Shown here: in pieces, positions 10,758-23,338 of the stretch
How the letters are laid out: every line of letters starts with the position of its first letter
How positions within the stretch are numbered: the first letter of the stretch is position 1
Assembly: GCA_022813965.1 (NCBI GenBank)
Contig: JALDZS010000054.1
Span: 62,001 to 126,000, forward strand
From: Toensbergia leucococca
Lineage: Eukaryota
DNA length: 64,000 nucleotides
Direction of reading: 5' to 3'
Made by a program: the position numbers and the translations under genes
Notes under the pieces: model-generated
Database searches by the model: none
The model's input: only the letters and a program-made list of their open reading frames with translations
Told to the model about the DNA's origin: nothing

Positions 10758-11027
10758 CTTGCTTAGTCGTCCAAGACACCCGAATTTCCTACCCAAATTC
10801 CTTGCTCAACTTCACACCTCTTAAGTAACTCTTTGGTCCACCTTCCTTGTTTCCTTTCCTTGATTTCTAAGACGGCCTGGTAATCATGACTGGCTGATTA
10901 CTCCAAAGCGTTCCTTAGCTTGCAACAACTATGAGCTTTTCCAGGGACAGGGTCGGGCTGATCTTAGCACCGGATTTCCTATTGGCTTCAATGGTAATTA
11001 CCTATCTCCAGAGAAGTCTTTGGGTTT

Positions 11028-12355
11028 ATGGCGGACTTTGAGTTCGCTGTTGCTAAGCAAAGACATAGGTCAGCAGGAATACTTCAGATCATTTGTGAAT
11101 AGCCAGGCCGACTTTACCTATCTACAGATCAAACTATTCTATCCTATACGACACGTTCAATCGTAAGCAGGGACTCCGGGCTGTTAGTAATTCCCAAAAT
11201 CCCAGGAAAGCACAAAAGCAGTATGCTGATTTTGTAGGCCCCGACCCAGTCCTGCTCAAAGATTGAAAATCGACTTCGGATGCTGCTGCTCGGAGAACGA
11301 TAGTAGAGCGAGCGAGAAAGACTGGACAGCACTCTCTCTGCTGGAGGTTCGATTACTCGAGTAGAAGAGTCAAACGATACTATCAATATTGTATCCAAGA
11401 CATAGAAAATATAACAATGTCGTTGATGAGAAAGGATGATGCAAAGAGGCAGCTCCAGATGGAAGAAGAGTAAGGTATGACAAGATGACAAGGAAGAGGA
11501 AAGAGCATCTCTCCGGGAAGCTCTACACGGGGAAGTGGCGAATGAGGAATCAGAAAACTGGTCCAGACTTTGCGTTTCCACCAGCAGAAGGTTTCGCCAA
11601 CCCCACGTTGGTCATGGGCCATTATAGCGCAGGAGTCGTTAATCTACGCCCTGAAGAGCATCGTTCTTGCGGTGGAAGACATAGCTGCCAGATATGCAGA
11701 GACCATCAAAAAGACCCTATCCTCTGAAATCCTGCCACTGGATTGGAGAACCTCAATGTTTCCAGATACCGTATTATTTGGCATAGAAGATATGACCTAC
11801 TTATAAGGGACCTTATAAGGGATGACTGGCTTATAAGGGATGGTTCTAAATTGTGATTCTAGGACCGCGGGACTTCTGATTTATAAGGTAGTAATAGGGG
11901 AAACCTCTTCATTCACCTCATTTTCTCCTTCCTTTACCTCAGTATCACTGCCTGTGAGGTCTGTGATTAGTCTTTGATCATTTAAAGGTGGGCGAGAGGG
12001 AGCTGTTGAGGTAAATATATATATTTCATGAAGGTGAGACGGGGATGAGTGGCCGAGGGTGAGTAGAATACATCAATTATCGCGATCTTTCTCACGTTAT
12101 TTCTCATGATCCAATGTATAGGGAATGACTCACGTATAAGGTCCTACTGGCCTATAAGAGAGGTTCCTAATTGGGCAAAAAACGATCTCCCTATAACGCA
12201 CGAGCCTTATATGCCAGATAATAGGGAACGGTTGGAAAGGCTGTCCAAATATCTGCCGGGAGTGCTTAGAGAGGAAGAAGTCTTTCTATTTATTGAATTC
12301 GAAGAAATTTCAAGATAGAGCCCACGTATATCACGGAGCGACGCCGGTAGGTTGA
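11028..12355 (+). pseudogene. Decayed spliced gene with Cys motifs, interrupted by a MITE
   Basis: Intron-like segments 11069-11127 and 11163-11237 (GTAAGC...GCTGAT...TAG). In-frame stops are present. Removing the MITE joins ...SCQICRDHQKDPIL*NPATGLENLNVSR|YGWKGCPNICRECLERKK. Confidence 0.35.
11769..12226. mobile_element. Degenerate Tc1/mariner (pogo-like) MITE, ~458 bp
   Basis: Left end CCGTATTATTTGGCATAGAAG preceded by TA. Right end reverse complement CCCTATTATCTGGCATATAAG (18/21 identical), followed by AA. Subterminal TTATAAGG repeats at 11801, 11813, 11831 and 11881. Confidence 0.7.
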
Positions 12356-14077
12356 GGTGTTACCAAAGGATCCTTTATTTCAAGAGTATAACTATGGGTC
12401 AACAATACGGCCATACCAAACCTTCGATGCATCTAACACCAATATCTTTGAGCAATGAACACCATTGAAATCCTGAGTTAGAGAAAGCCGACCAGGCTGC
12501 CAAGGTAGCTTGAGCTATCTCTCGCTCTGCCTTTTCGTCTACCGGGGCATTTTGAGAAGATTTGATGGACCCGTTCACGCATCGATGCATCTTCCAACAT
12601 TTTCCTCGTCCATTTTCCCCGAGTCTTACCATGTCGTCAGATAAAGCAGCAGATGCGGCGCTCTGCCCAGAGCCAAAACTCAACAGGAGTTCCAATGCAG
12701 TACGACGGCGATCATATTGAAGATAGAACTTTTTAGCCTCGAGTCCGAATGTAGAAGGACAGACACGACAGATTCGGGATGAGGTTGATCGCCAAGAGCA
12801 GAAGAGGATTTGGATGCCAAACTTGGAGCGAAAGGTGGATGGCAATACCTTATGCATTCCCCGACAGGAGAATGTGGCAAATTGAGTCGACATCACAATG
12901 ATCCTCGTTGGCTTCGGCCCGATTGCCATTGAGGTATTATTATTTTCTTCTGTCGATGGCCATCATCCCTATTGATGGCAGGTATAGGATCAGTCTACCG
13001 CTGGGAACCACCATCCCACTCTTTATAGAGATTTGCATTGTTAATAAAGGCTTCCGTGCAATGTATCTATACCGACTGCCATCGCAATTCCAACAGCTGC
13101 GAACCCGGCAATAGTGCCCAAGCAGGTTGTTAATAAATGAGTTGAGTCCAGTACGAAGAGAGAGGGTTGCATTCGTTTCTCCTGGATTGGAAACAAAGCT
13201 GAGACTCCAAAGAATCTTGGCAACTAGGCCAACGAAAACGAACCGGCAGGACTACCCGAAATCGTGCAAGAAGACCGAAGCTTCTTGCCCTAATCAGGGT
13301 CACGGCACAGCTACCAACAGGATTGAAGATGATAAAAAGACTCTTCACCGGCTATGGGTTCCTTGATGGTGTTCTCCAGGAGAGCTTGTTGGTCCGAACG
13401 TAGTGAATGTGCTAGTATTCCAGGATTCGGGGTATCATGACAAAAGACTTGGGGCCTGGTGGCTAGCAGGCTTTCTTCTATCTTATACAGAGTATCCAAC
13501 CTCCGTGGACTGACTTGACCTGCCTCTTTGGACTTTTTCACGCAGCTTTATCTTCAACCCAAGATCATGCAATATCTTCCTGCATGGCAGACTCAGGATA
13601 TTGCGCCCGAGGAGCGTCCCAGTAGAGGATATGGATGATTCGTCTATGCGCGAACATTGTTGTCTTATATATATATATACATATATACATATGATGAGTG
13701 GATGAGAAGGGTATTGAGTCTTCCCTTGGTGATAGGAAGTGCGGTGACGGACGAGAGTTTGAAAGTGGATGTTCGGTTAAAAAAGACACGCGTAGGGCGG
13801 TGGGCGGGTAAGGCGTAGGGCGGGTGGCGGCTGTTTATGGATGAGAATGAGGCCTGAGGGCTCGTCATAGAATGCACGTCAACAATTCTCTCCTTAATCA
13901 TCGTCTTCCTTTCGTTTTTCTTGTCCACACACCTTCTCTTCTTAGGTGCATTCTCTTCATGGAGCATACGCCTGTCATCGCTTTCGTCTCTCTCTCTCTC
14001 TGTCTTTGTTCAACTCAGATTTTCCTCGTACGGTTTAAATAGGAGGTCTTTTCTTTTATTTTCATCTACTACTTGCT

Positions 14078-15811
14078 ATGGCTGCACTCGAAGATTTCCC
14101 TCCTTCATACGAAGACTCTGTATCAAGAAACCCCTGGAAGCTAGTGGCAGATTACCTGCCGTCCAAAAGCCTCTACAATTTGTGTCTGGTCTCAAAGGAT
14201 GCATACCACGGAGCATCATTGGCCCTATGGGGCAACCCAGGCAAGCACTGGGGCGATGACCCTGCAGACATACAGAGTAAATACTTGGATATCTAGAATT
14301 TTTTTGGTTTGCCATCTAAACAATCAATAGGGACTTTCAACAAGTTCAAGGACAGCGTCCAAGTCAGTCGCTTTGAGACTCGCTGGATCACGCATATCCT
14401 AGATCTCACGGGCCTACAGCCAGGCAAGGTGACATATGTCACGCAGGAAGAACAAAAGCCAAATTGGCTTATATTGCTCTTTGAGGCCCTTCCAAATATC
14501 CGTTGCTTCCTCGCGGATTCAATGTACCCGTTCATAGATGCCCGATTGGTTATGTTGATGTCATTGAATCAGACTTTCGACGATTATTCTAGCCTCCGAA
14601 TGCTAAGACTTACGGGCACACCGTTCACCCCAACTCGGGGTCTGCAATTCCTGGTCCCCACTGCTTGTTGTCTCACCTACCTCGATTTGTCCTATACCGA
14701 AGCTGCGAAAAATGCACAATTCTTACAATTTTTCGCTAGTGAGGCCACATTTCGGTCTATAGGAGTACTAAAGCTTCAGCATGTTGGACTTGGCGATGAT
14801 GACTTGGAACACATTGCAAAAGCTCTTGGAACAAAGCTGTGGAGCCTAGACGTGACTGGAAACATTTTGACGGATTACTCAGTCACGGTGCTCCTCGAGT
14901 TTTGCTTCAAGCCCCCTGAATACCTAGCCCCGCCTGATTATAATCCCAGATTTGTGATCCCAAGGGATCCAATCGATGAGGACAGCGAGGCAACCATCAT
15001 GGAGGGTCTAAGCAAGGACTCGGGCGCCACAGGCCAACGAGATACCGGACTCACGCATCTGTACATTAGCGATAATTATCTCAGAATCGAATCCATGGTT
15101 AAGCTGATCCAAACCTCTCGCCTTCTTGTATTTGACTGCGACAGAGACCCCGACCTCGACGGGTGTTATGCCACCAGTCCTCATATCTGCTCTCGGTGGT
15201 TTTTGGCACAGTTTTGTCAGCCATCTCCTGTCAACAGCCTTCGCTACTTGAGAGTGCATTGTTCCTTCATAGGCAGTGGCAACGAATGGTTTCCCCGCCA
15301 CTCAATGCAAGAGCCCTCTCTTCATGCGCTTGACGAAGTCATGCAAAATCGCGAATATCACACCGAAAATTGGTCCAAAGACGAGCTTGATGCCGCCTTG
15401 CCGAAAAAAACAATCCCAGTCGTAGGAATTCGTGAACTTGTCCTCGCCAATGTCCCAGCCATGAGCAGCACACCCGACATCGCAAAAGGCATCGCAGCCC
15501 TGATCGAGCAATGTGCCGCCATCGAAGCCAGCGACCCGCCGAGAAAAACCGCACTTCGGAAGATCATCCTCGAGATCAACGGGCAACCAGATCCAGAATG
15601 CTTCAATCTAATAGAAATTGCTTCGCAGAATGACTTTTCCTTTTTCGCGCCAGAGGGTGCGGACGAGGTAACTCCGACTGTGCGGCCTCCTGCTGATCCC
15701 TGGTGCGGAGACGTTATCGAGATTCTCAAGACCCATATCAGAGAACTGGAGCATCAGTGGAGCGGGGACGTCTGTTGGTTCCAGGTTCACGAGAGCGACG
15801 ATACTGTCTGA
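14078..15811 (+). CDS. Leucine-rich-repeat domain protein with F-box-like N-terminus
   Basis: Exons 14078-14276 and 14331-15811 (54-nt intron). LRR units LTYLDLSYT, IGVLKLQHVGL, LWSLDVTGNIL, LTHLYISDNYL. N-terminal PPSY and LVADYLPSKSLYNLCLVSK. Confidence 0.8.
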
Positions 15812-16665
15812 TTACGACATTTCCGGGGGCTAATTCTCACCACCTTTGGGGATTTGAAAAAAAATAAGATATTTAAGAGTTGTTTTTGTGTGCGACTCGG
15901 CCACCAGGAGACTCAACCAACCCTCTCATTTTCTCTTCCTTCTTTCGCCCCGGGTACAGCATTTAGTAGCCCTCCGTATCTACATTTCTCGGCTGGCGAA
16001 GTATTTCTCCGATCGCCAGCATTTTCCCTTTACTTTGACAGCATACAAAAAATCAGCAACGGCGGTGTTCATATCCCTCGGCCAATCGACAAGACCAAGA
16101 AAACAAAAATATTGTTCCGGCCAAATCGACTCGCCAATCGATCTCCATCTTTCCTTCACTTTTATTTCATGTACAACAAGCATAAGCACCCACACGAGGT
16201 CATGTTCCCATTCTACGATGACGACGCTCATAACGAATCGGATACCCCAGGAGTTTCAAACCAAGCGACTTTCCTGTTCACGGCATTACTCACATTCCCC
16301 TTTCGGCGGCCGCAAACCTAATAATCTCACTACACTATTAGACGGGGTTGGGGGGTTTTTCAGGCTAGAGACGGTACTACGGCTGGACATGATGTGATAC
16401 CCCGAGCGTGCACGTCCCAGAAGGGTTTTTCTTTCAGTCCTGTGGCGAATAGGTTTCATAGGTCGCTTTTAGATAAGCGTAAAAGAGAGAAGCTTTTTCG
16501 ATCCGAGAAAGCATTATCAGAAATGAGGCCAGCTTGGCGCAATGAACATGACTCAAGTGCACCTACCTACTCCCCAACCAAACATCCCCATGTACCTCAC
16601 AGAAGCAACAATTGCCCATGCCCCAGATACATGAATTCTTACACCTCCTAATCAACCCACCACCG

Positions 16666-17666
16666 TCACCCCTTCCCACCCCTCCTCTCCCCCTCCCTCT
16701 TCGCCTCCACCCTCCCCAAAAAGTCCATCTTCCCAAGATACCCCTCTTTGGCCCTGCCCGCCCCATCCAACTCCTCCTTCATCCCCTCCGCATCCACATA
16801 CCCCGCCCAATCCATTTTACTCTTCTCAATCGTATTCAGTTTCGGCGCTTTTGAGGCTGTTCCTGCACTTAAAGCAGCAGGAGAGCGACCAGGGTCGAAT
16901 TTCGAGGAACGCTTTTTGGGCTTGCGGAGTGCGGGATGGGGGTTGGGGGTGTTTTGGGGGCCGGGGAGGGATTGGAGGTGGAGTTGGGCTTCGGCGCTGG
17001 ATTTTGGGACGATTTTTTGTTCGGTGGTGGTTTTGCCCGCGAAGGTGTAGGTGCGAGTTATTGTTATTGTTTCTTCTGAGGCCTCGGGGAGGGGCTCTAG
17101 GGGTTTTGGCCGAGCTTGAGGGGGTGTGTTTACGGGTGTGGATGCTGCGGGTGCTGGGGTGGGAATGGGTGGTGGCTTTGGGGGGCCGCTATTTACGCGT
17201 GCCCAGAGGGCGTCGACGTCGACGGTTGTGGGCGCGGTATTTGTAGAGGTAGGGGGAGGAGAGGGGCTGGGGAGGTTAGCTTGTGGGTTGGGGGACCCGC
17301 TTCTTGGCTCAAAAAAAAAGAAGAGACTAACCCCCCCGCAGTGTGTCTCGTTCTCATTCGCCTCCCTTCCCCTTCTTCAGCCCTAGTCCCCTCCACCATG
17401 TCCATTTGCTTCTTCCGCTTCTTCCGCCCCCTCCTCACCGTTTCTTCATCCCCAGATCCCAGCTGCTGTGCTTCATCATCCGCGCCTGCTCGTTCAATGC
17501 GCTTGAGCTTTTTCCGGTGGTCTTGGCGTGGGGCTTCTGAGTCGGAGTCAAATGATGAGGATGAGGGTGAGGCGTTGTGGGATTTTTGCTTTCGGGTAAG
17601 AGGGTTCGGGTCGAAGTCTGAATCTGAGGCTGAGTCTGAAGAGGAAGGAGGGAGGGAGGGAGGCAT
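16666..17666 (-). CDS. SWC5: SWR1-complex protein 5 (BCNT domain)
   Basis: Exons 17666-17332 and 17266-16666 (intron GTTAGT...GCTAAC...CAG), 311 aa. Acidic N-terminus, DVDALWA, ITRTYTFAG, and BCNT tail KLNTIEKSKMDWAGYVDAEGMKEEL...GYLGKMDFLGRVE. Exon 2 is missing from the ORF track. Confidence 0.88.
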
Positions 17667-18122
17667 GGCTGGGGATGGAAGGTGCAGTTTGTGATTATGG
17701 ATCGGCGACGGTCGGTTGCTGATGTTGAAAAGAACTATTGGTGAAGTAGTCAAGTGGGGAGCGCGAGGAGCAGGGATGTTCTTTTGGGCAAGGGTGGGGC
17801 AGGATCACAGCCACCGGAGCGGGACATTTGATGGCAGATACGTGCTTGTAACATTAAAACCTCAGATTCCGATCTACGGGTAAGGCTCAAGGAACGACCT
17901 GCAATTACGGATATCGACGAAACAGAGAGTGTGAGGAAGTCGTAAATCTTTAATTGTCATACGCACTGGCTAGGACCCATCGACGCCTTACCTTAGTGAC
18001 CAATTTCAACGCAGGTATGACCCTACTTCCACAACCGAGACTCCTAATCCGGTAAGCTACACTGGCCCAGCCATGCAGCTATATCCAAAGCTCTTCAGAA
18101 ATCCAAGGCGAAACTAGATCAT

Positions 18123-18914
18123 CTACGGCGACCCACGTTCCAACTTCCTATCCTCCTGCTCCTGCATTGTCCCCTTCCGAGTCTTCATCTCCACCCACCA
18201 ACCCCATGCCGCTACACCGACAGCCACTGCTTCAATGATGACTAGCAAGATCACCAAGTCTATAGAGACAATTCCCTCGGTGCATATTTTGCCAAAGTTG
18301 GTTGGCGCTACATTCTCAAAGGCTTGCCATTTGCACGTCCAGGACATCAGGGTACCAGAGCTGACGCTAGTACCTGTTGAGCGGTTGGCGTTGATTTGAG
18401 TGGTAAATATGACGGTAAAAAGTGCGACAAAGAGGCCGATGAAGGAAAAGATGCTAGAGAGTATGTTGAGAAGTCGGAGCTTGGGCTGGGGCTGTTGGAA
18501 GATAGGTGGTTAGTATTGTAGTATTTGCAGCATCATCAAGGAGTCAAAGCATACCAAGGGAACGAGTGCTGCGGCGAGATAAAAAAGACTCAAGACCGCA
18601 ACTCCAATACCGCAGCCAAGGGCCGCATGTGTGGGACGCAGATCAACGTGAGTAGGCCATAATGGTAGGGACCAGTTGGTCGATAAGTGTGTTTGTGAAT
18701 ACAAGACCAGAGAGCTCGCTGAGCATCCAATGATGGCACAAGAGGCAGTGAGAGTAATGAATGTTACCGTGGCGCGGATCCATTGGAGACATGTTTGATA
18801 AGACTTGTACCGGGTCTCGAGCTGTCCATCTGACGAGTATGGCGGTGGCTCGACTCTAGGCGATTGTCTGGAGGAAGAGAAGGAATGAAAGCGTTGGGCA
18901 CGGATGAAAGACAT
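18123..18914 (-). CDS. Conserved fungal 4-TM membrane protein (MARVEL-like topology)
   Basis: Exons 18914-18555 and 18491-18123, 242 aa. Four hydrophobic helices, LPLWPTHVDLRPT, TLMSWTCKW...FGKIC, N-terminal PPPY. Confidence 0.8.
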
Positions 18915-20456
18915 GTTGAAATGAATGTTGACGGTGCAAGCAAAGGAGGAGTCTTGAAGAGACAGCAAGCCTTACAGGGCGATGGCTGGACTATGGATGC
19001 AACAATGGAAGAGTTCTAACACAAATGAAGACGAGGACAGTAGAGAGCACACGACAGGCTGAGCAGGAGATTAAAGAAAGTCGTACTGAAGAGATGGAAC
19101 AAGACCATATAGCAGGTGTGAACGAGTCACAACCCCCCTGAGTTCATCGGAAGCTTTCTGTGCCTCCCTTGTCCAACCATCATTGTCCCCGCATGCAATT
19201 TCACGATATGCAAGTATACTTATAGCGCACATGAGGCGAGACGCTGAGGCAAGGGCCAAGCAACAGGCGTCGAATTGGAAAGTATTGTCTTAGGCTATAG
19301 ACAAGTACGCTGTAGCCAGAGGTAGAGATTCTTTACTTAATTGGTCAAGATGTGTGTACCTGCATGTTAGTGGTGTCTAGGGATAGACCATAGTTGGCTA
19401 ACATAGGTCCAGATATGCCAGACGGCAAGGAGTAGTGTGAGAGTGCGGCGCGTGTACTCGACGGTAATTTGGTGCGACGTGATATTAGAGGTGGTGGAGG
19501 TCGGCCCAGCGCTTGGCTATTTTTGGACCTGAAATCTACCTTAGGCGAGGTAAGTTCCTTATTCTAGTCTCTCCAGCGCGTAACAACGTCAACGACACTC
19601 ATGACACATCTCATGCATGCATTCTTGATTCCAAGGGCGTCAATACTCTTTCTACTCTCAATTGAAAGCTACGGCATGTCAGTTCCGTCACTAAGACTTT
19701 TGTAAGTGTAGCCAAGACTGGGAATAGCAAGCCTCTGGAACACGTCTACGCTGGTAGGTATGCCTCGATTATTCTAGTGTTTTCGTTGCCAACTCCCCCG
19801 CGATCGAATTGCCAACTTCCGTAGATTTGAGACTTCCGTTGATTCCTCGATTGCTTCCTCAATCCGCGTCTTTATCCGTTCAGCTCTCAAACTTCGAACA
19901 ATACGAGCAGCATCTGTACTACTCCAAGGCGTCGAGAGCGATAAGTGCTAGTGCGCTTATGCTTATACAAATCTAGTTGTGCGAGATGCTAAATGCTTCT
20001 CAATCATTCGAGCGACGAATGAACATTTAACAGAGCACATCACAAGCACATCTCAACCGCAGCTTGAATAGTACTGAGAAGACCAAAATATCACGCCGCC
20101 CATAAATTATCAACATATTTCCCCATTCGAGAAAGGCAGTGAAAACCTGGCCGCAAAAAAATAAACTCACCACCATCAAGAAAATCTCTCTTTTACTCAA
20201 AACTTCCTTATCAACCATTAGAACTGCATCGCTCACCAGAGTCTTACAGAAAAGGCCATCTTCAAGGGAAGCAGGAATCGACTCCTACGCTGCTCTAGAA
20301 CCTATAAATGAGGCTACTCATATGCTGTATTTGATTCAGCAAGGGATACCTAGACTTTCTTAAGAGCATACAAAAGATAGCTTGATACCATGGTCGTCAG
20401 GGGGATTCTGGTTCTCGGTGAAGTCTCTTGACAAGCTGATACCTCGAAGCATCCAT

Positions 20457-22323
20457 CTACCCACAGACCATACTCTGTTTCGGTATCTCCGCATGTGGCA
20501 CACCATCCGCTTCATCTACCTCTTCTCTTTCTGATAAACCTTTCCGCTGCAGCCCCGTATCACCGTCTTTCAAAATCGTCCCCCCATCAAATAGCTTCTG
20601 CTTCTCCTTTTTGCTCAAAGTCAAACTCCCGTTTTGTAACGCCTCTTTCGGCAACGGTCTCACATAAGGCTGGCACACCCACCAAGGTCTCTTACACTGT
20701 CTGACAGTCGCCAAGGAGCTCTCGTCTTTACTCTCGTCTTCAACCTTCTGCTCCTCGGTGACTGCGTTCAGCTCCGAAGCTATTTCAAACTTAGCGGGAT
20801 CCAAGTCATATTCTATCAGACCTTTCTGGACTGCTTTCTCAACCATTTGTAGCACCTTCTCGAAAGCTAGAATGTCACCAGCACGAGAGCGAGCTAGTGC
20901 ATCTCGCACATCCGTATGTTTGGAAACCAGGGGACGAAGAAGATGAAATAGGTGAGCTTGCATGGAGAGGAGATTCGGAGATGTCGGCTTGGTCTGCTTG
21001 TTGGCTCGTTTCTGTTTCTTTCTTGGCGGCTGTTCATCTACACTCTCGTTGATGAGTATTTGTTGAGGCTGTACAGTATTTCGTCCGGGAGCATCTGAGG
21101 ACAGGAACAGCGGGTTCCGCTCCGGCGATGGCTTTTCCAAAACATACTTGTAGATGATATCCATGTACCTTCTAAACACGGCATCCATCCTATATCCTCC
21201 CTTTCCATCTCTACCTCTCCAATATTCTCGGCCGTCGTCACCAACATCAGGAGGCTTGGCAAAGATGGTTGGATCGTAAAGATTCCCTTCGGCGCTCATT
21301 ACACCATCGGCACCAGTCTCTTTCAAGCATCGATCAATATCTTGATATCTCAAAATATTACCATTGGCGAAAATTACGGTGTCAGACGGTAAATTCTCCC
21401 TCAAATAACGCAGCACTGACCAATCCGCTAGACCTGTTTTGTGTCCCTTCTGATCTCTCTGCCGTCCATGCACGGTTATGATGCTTGCCCCAGCCGAAAC
21501 AATCACTTTCGCATACTCCAAAGTCCTCTCATTTGTCTCTAGAATGCGCATCTTGGCTGTTACTGGAATATCAAGATCTTGGTGAAGTCGGTTGATGAGA
21601 CTATAGACTAAGTTCCAGTCCTCCTGCAAAAAAGCACCATAGTTTCCTCTTCTCGCAATTCCTTGTGGGCAACCTAGATTGAGATCCACGGCATCACAAA
21701 ATGGCTGAACGTATTTTGCGGCTTCGAGTAGTTCGTCAGGAGAATTAGCGCAGAATTGAACGAACAGTGGACGATCGATTGAGGGATTCCCATCAAGGTA
21801 TAAATCGGATACTGCCGGGATTTCCTCGTCTTTGTAAGGAGATTTCAAGCCAGCGCGTGTGGGTTGGAAGTGATGATCACGAAACTTCGTAGTCTCGGTG
21901 AACAAGCGCGAATGTAGCATTGGAGTGTATGCCAGTAGGTTTTTTGATGACTCGTTGGTCATGAAGGATCTCGAGAGCAATCGCCATGCCTAATCAACCA
22001 TGTCAGCCGTGTTTACGAACTTGGTGGGCCGAACGTAGACGAAGAAGCATCTGAACTCCTCCCGTAGCATCTAGAAAAGTCATGGAGAAACACAAACGTT
22101 TCCAGACACCAAATGAAAAGCAGTTCTCGCGAAATCACCACCTTCGTAAGGAGAAGCATACGAACTCTGATTGATCCACCATAGGGGCGAGGATCATTTT
22201 CGGACTACCCAGGCTTTCATAGAACGCTCGACCAGACAGCTTCCTTCGCTTTCTAGGAGGCGTAGATGTTGCAAGGAGCGCCGGCAGAGCATCAGAAGAT
22301 GCTTCATTGTTGCCTTGGTTCAT
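20457..22323 (-). CDS. DUS1: tRNA-dihydrouridine(16/17) synthase
   Basis: Exon 1 ends ILAPMVDQSEF; intron 22161-21990; exon 2 starts AWRLLSR. Motifs DRPLFVQFCAN, DLNLGCPQGIARRGNYGAFL, TVHGR, GVMSAEG. Confidence 0.93.
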
Positions 22324-23338
22324 GGTTGATACTTTGCGTATCCGTGCACTTTGGCGTTGCAAGAGAGCAAATTGGCGAGAGCGCCCCAAGAGAAATGACC
22401 TTGCCAGCTTTCGACAAATCTTCCTTACACGAACTGTGGAGATTCGCAGCAGCCTACGTGCTGATTTTGATAAGAGTGTCTAGCAGAGAGAAGATAGTGT
22501 TTTGCGACACGGGGCTTGTGCTACGTCAAAATATATAAAACTGTATTAAAACATTGCTGACCTAGCTGCTGCCACAAAAGCCACCTACAACTCCCTCAAA
22601 ACAACGCTACCCCCCAATGAAACCATTCCCACATCTCCGCCCCCCTAGACATATCCGGCTTTTCGCCAAATTTGCTATTCCCGAAGTTGTTGGAGAGTGG
22701 TGGCGATGATGCGATCACAGATATTCTAACGCTTCAAAGCCCCATGGACCAAAGATTGAAGAAAAATTGATATGGACTTTGGGTGGTGGGGGTTTCGTGA
22801 TTGAGATTTTCAAAGAAATAGGGTTAGGTGGCAAATTTACATTGACCTTTTTTCTCGATTCGTGATATCTGCTTCCAGGGGGAGGGGGAAGTGGGGAGGG
22901 ACTTGCTATGTATGGCAATGGAGCTCGCGGCAGCCCGCTTTCTTGGATTGAGCCAGGGGGGATTTGAGAGTACTGAAAACGGGGGTGTACTGTTATTGCT
23001 CTTATCTTGATCTCAATACCATGAAGTGGACGATACCAATCTCGACGTCCACATGAAATCAACAAATAATTGTAAAGGTTGACTTATGTACGATTTCTCC
23101 TGATACGGAACTTCTGGAGGTATGCGGGTCTATTCCAGTCTCGAGTTTATGCAATAACATAGAATTGAGGTTTCCAAAACCATGATCATCTACACACTCC
23201 CTGCTAACCACGGTCCACCCCAAAAACCAAAGGCATGCTCGCTCCTGGCAACGCCACCACCAGCCCACTCCTCACCCAACTGAATCCAATTCATCCCCTA
23301 CCTCCCACACTTCCCCCACAGAAAAACCCCCCATTTAC

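Noticed and set aside
12399..13600. Multiple ORFs of 60-176 aa
   Set aside because: No motifs and no consistent splice structure. Possibly a relic, but not supportable.
1..13600. Starship or other giant mobile element boundary
   Set aside because: No tyrosine-recombinase captain or typical cargo genes were recognised.
16748..17694. Several + strand ORFs of 85-192 aa
   Set aside because: Antisense shadows of SWC5 in compositionally skewed DNA.
21990..22161. Longer-than-usual DUS1 intron as a snoRNA host
   Set aside because: No convincing C/D or H/ACA box arrangement with a terminal stem was seen.
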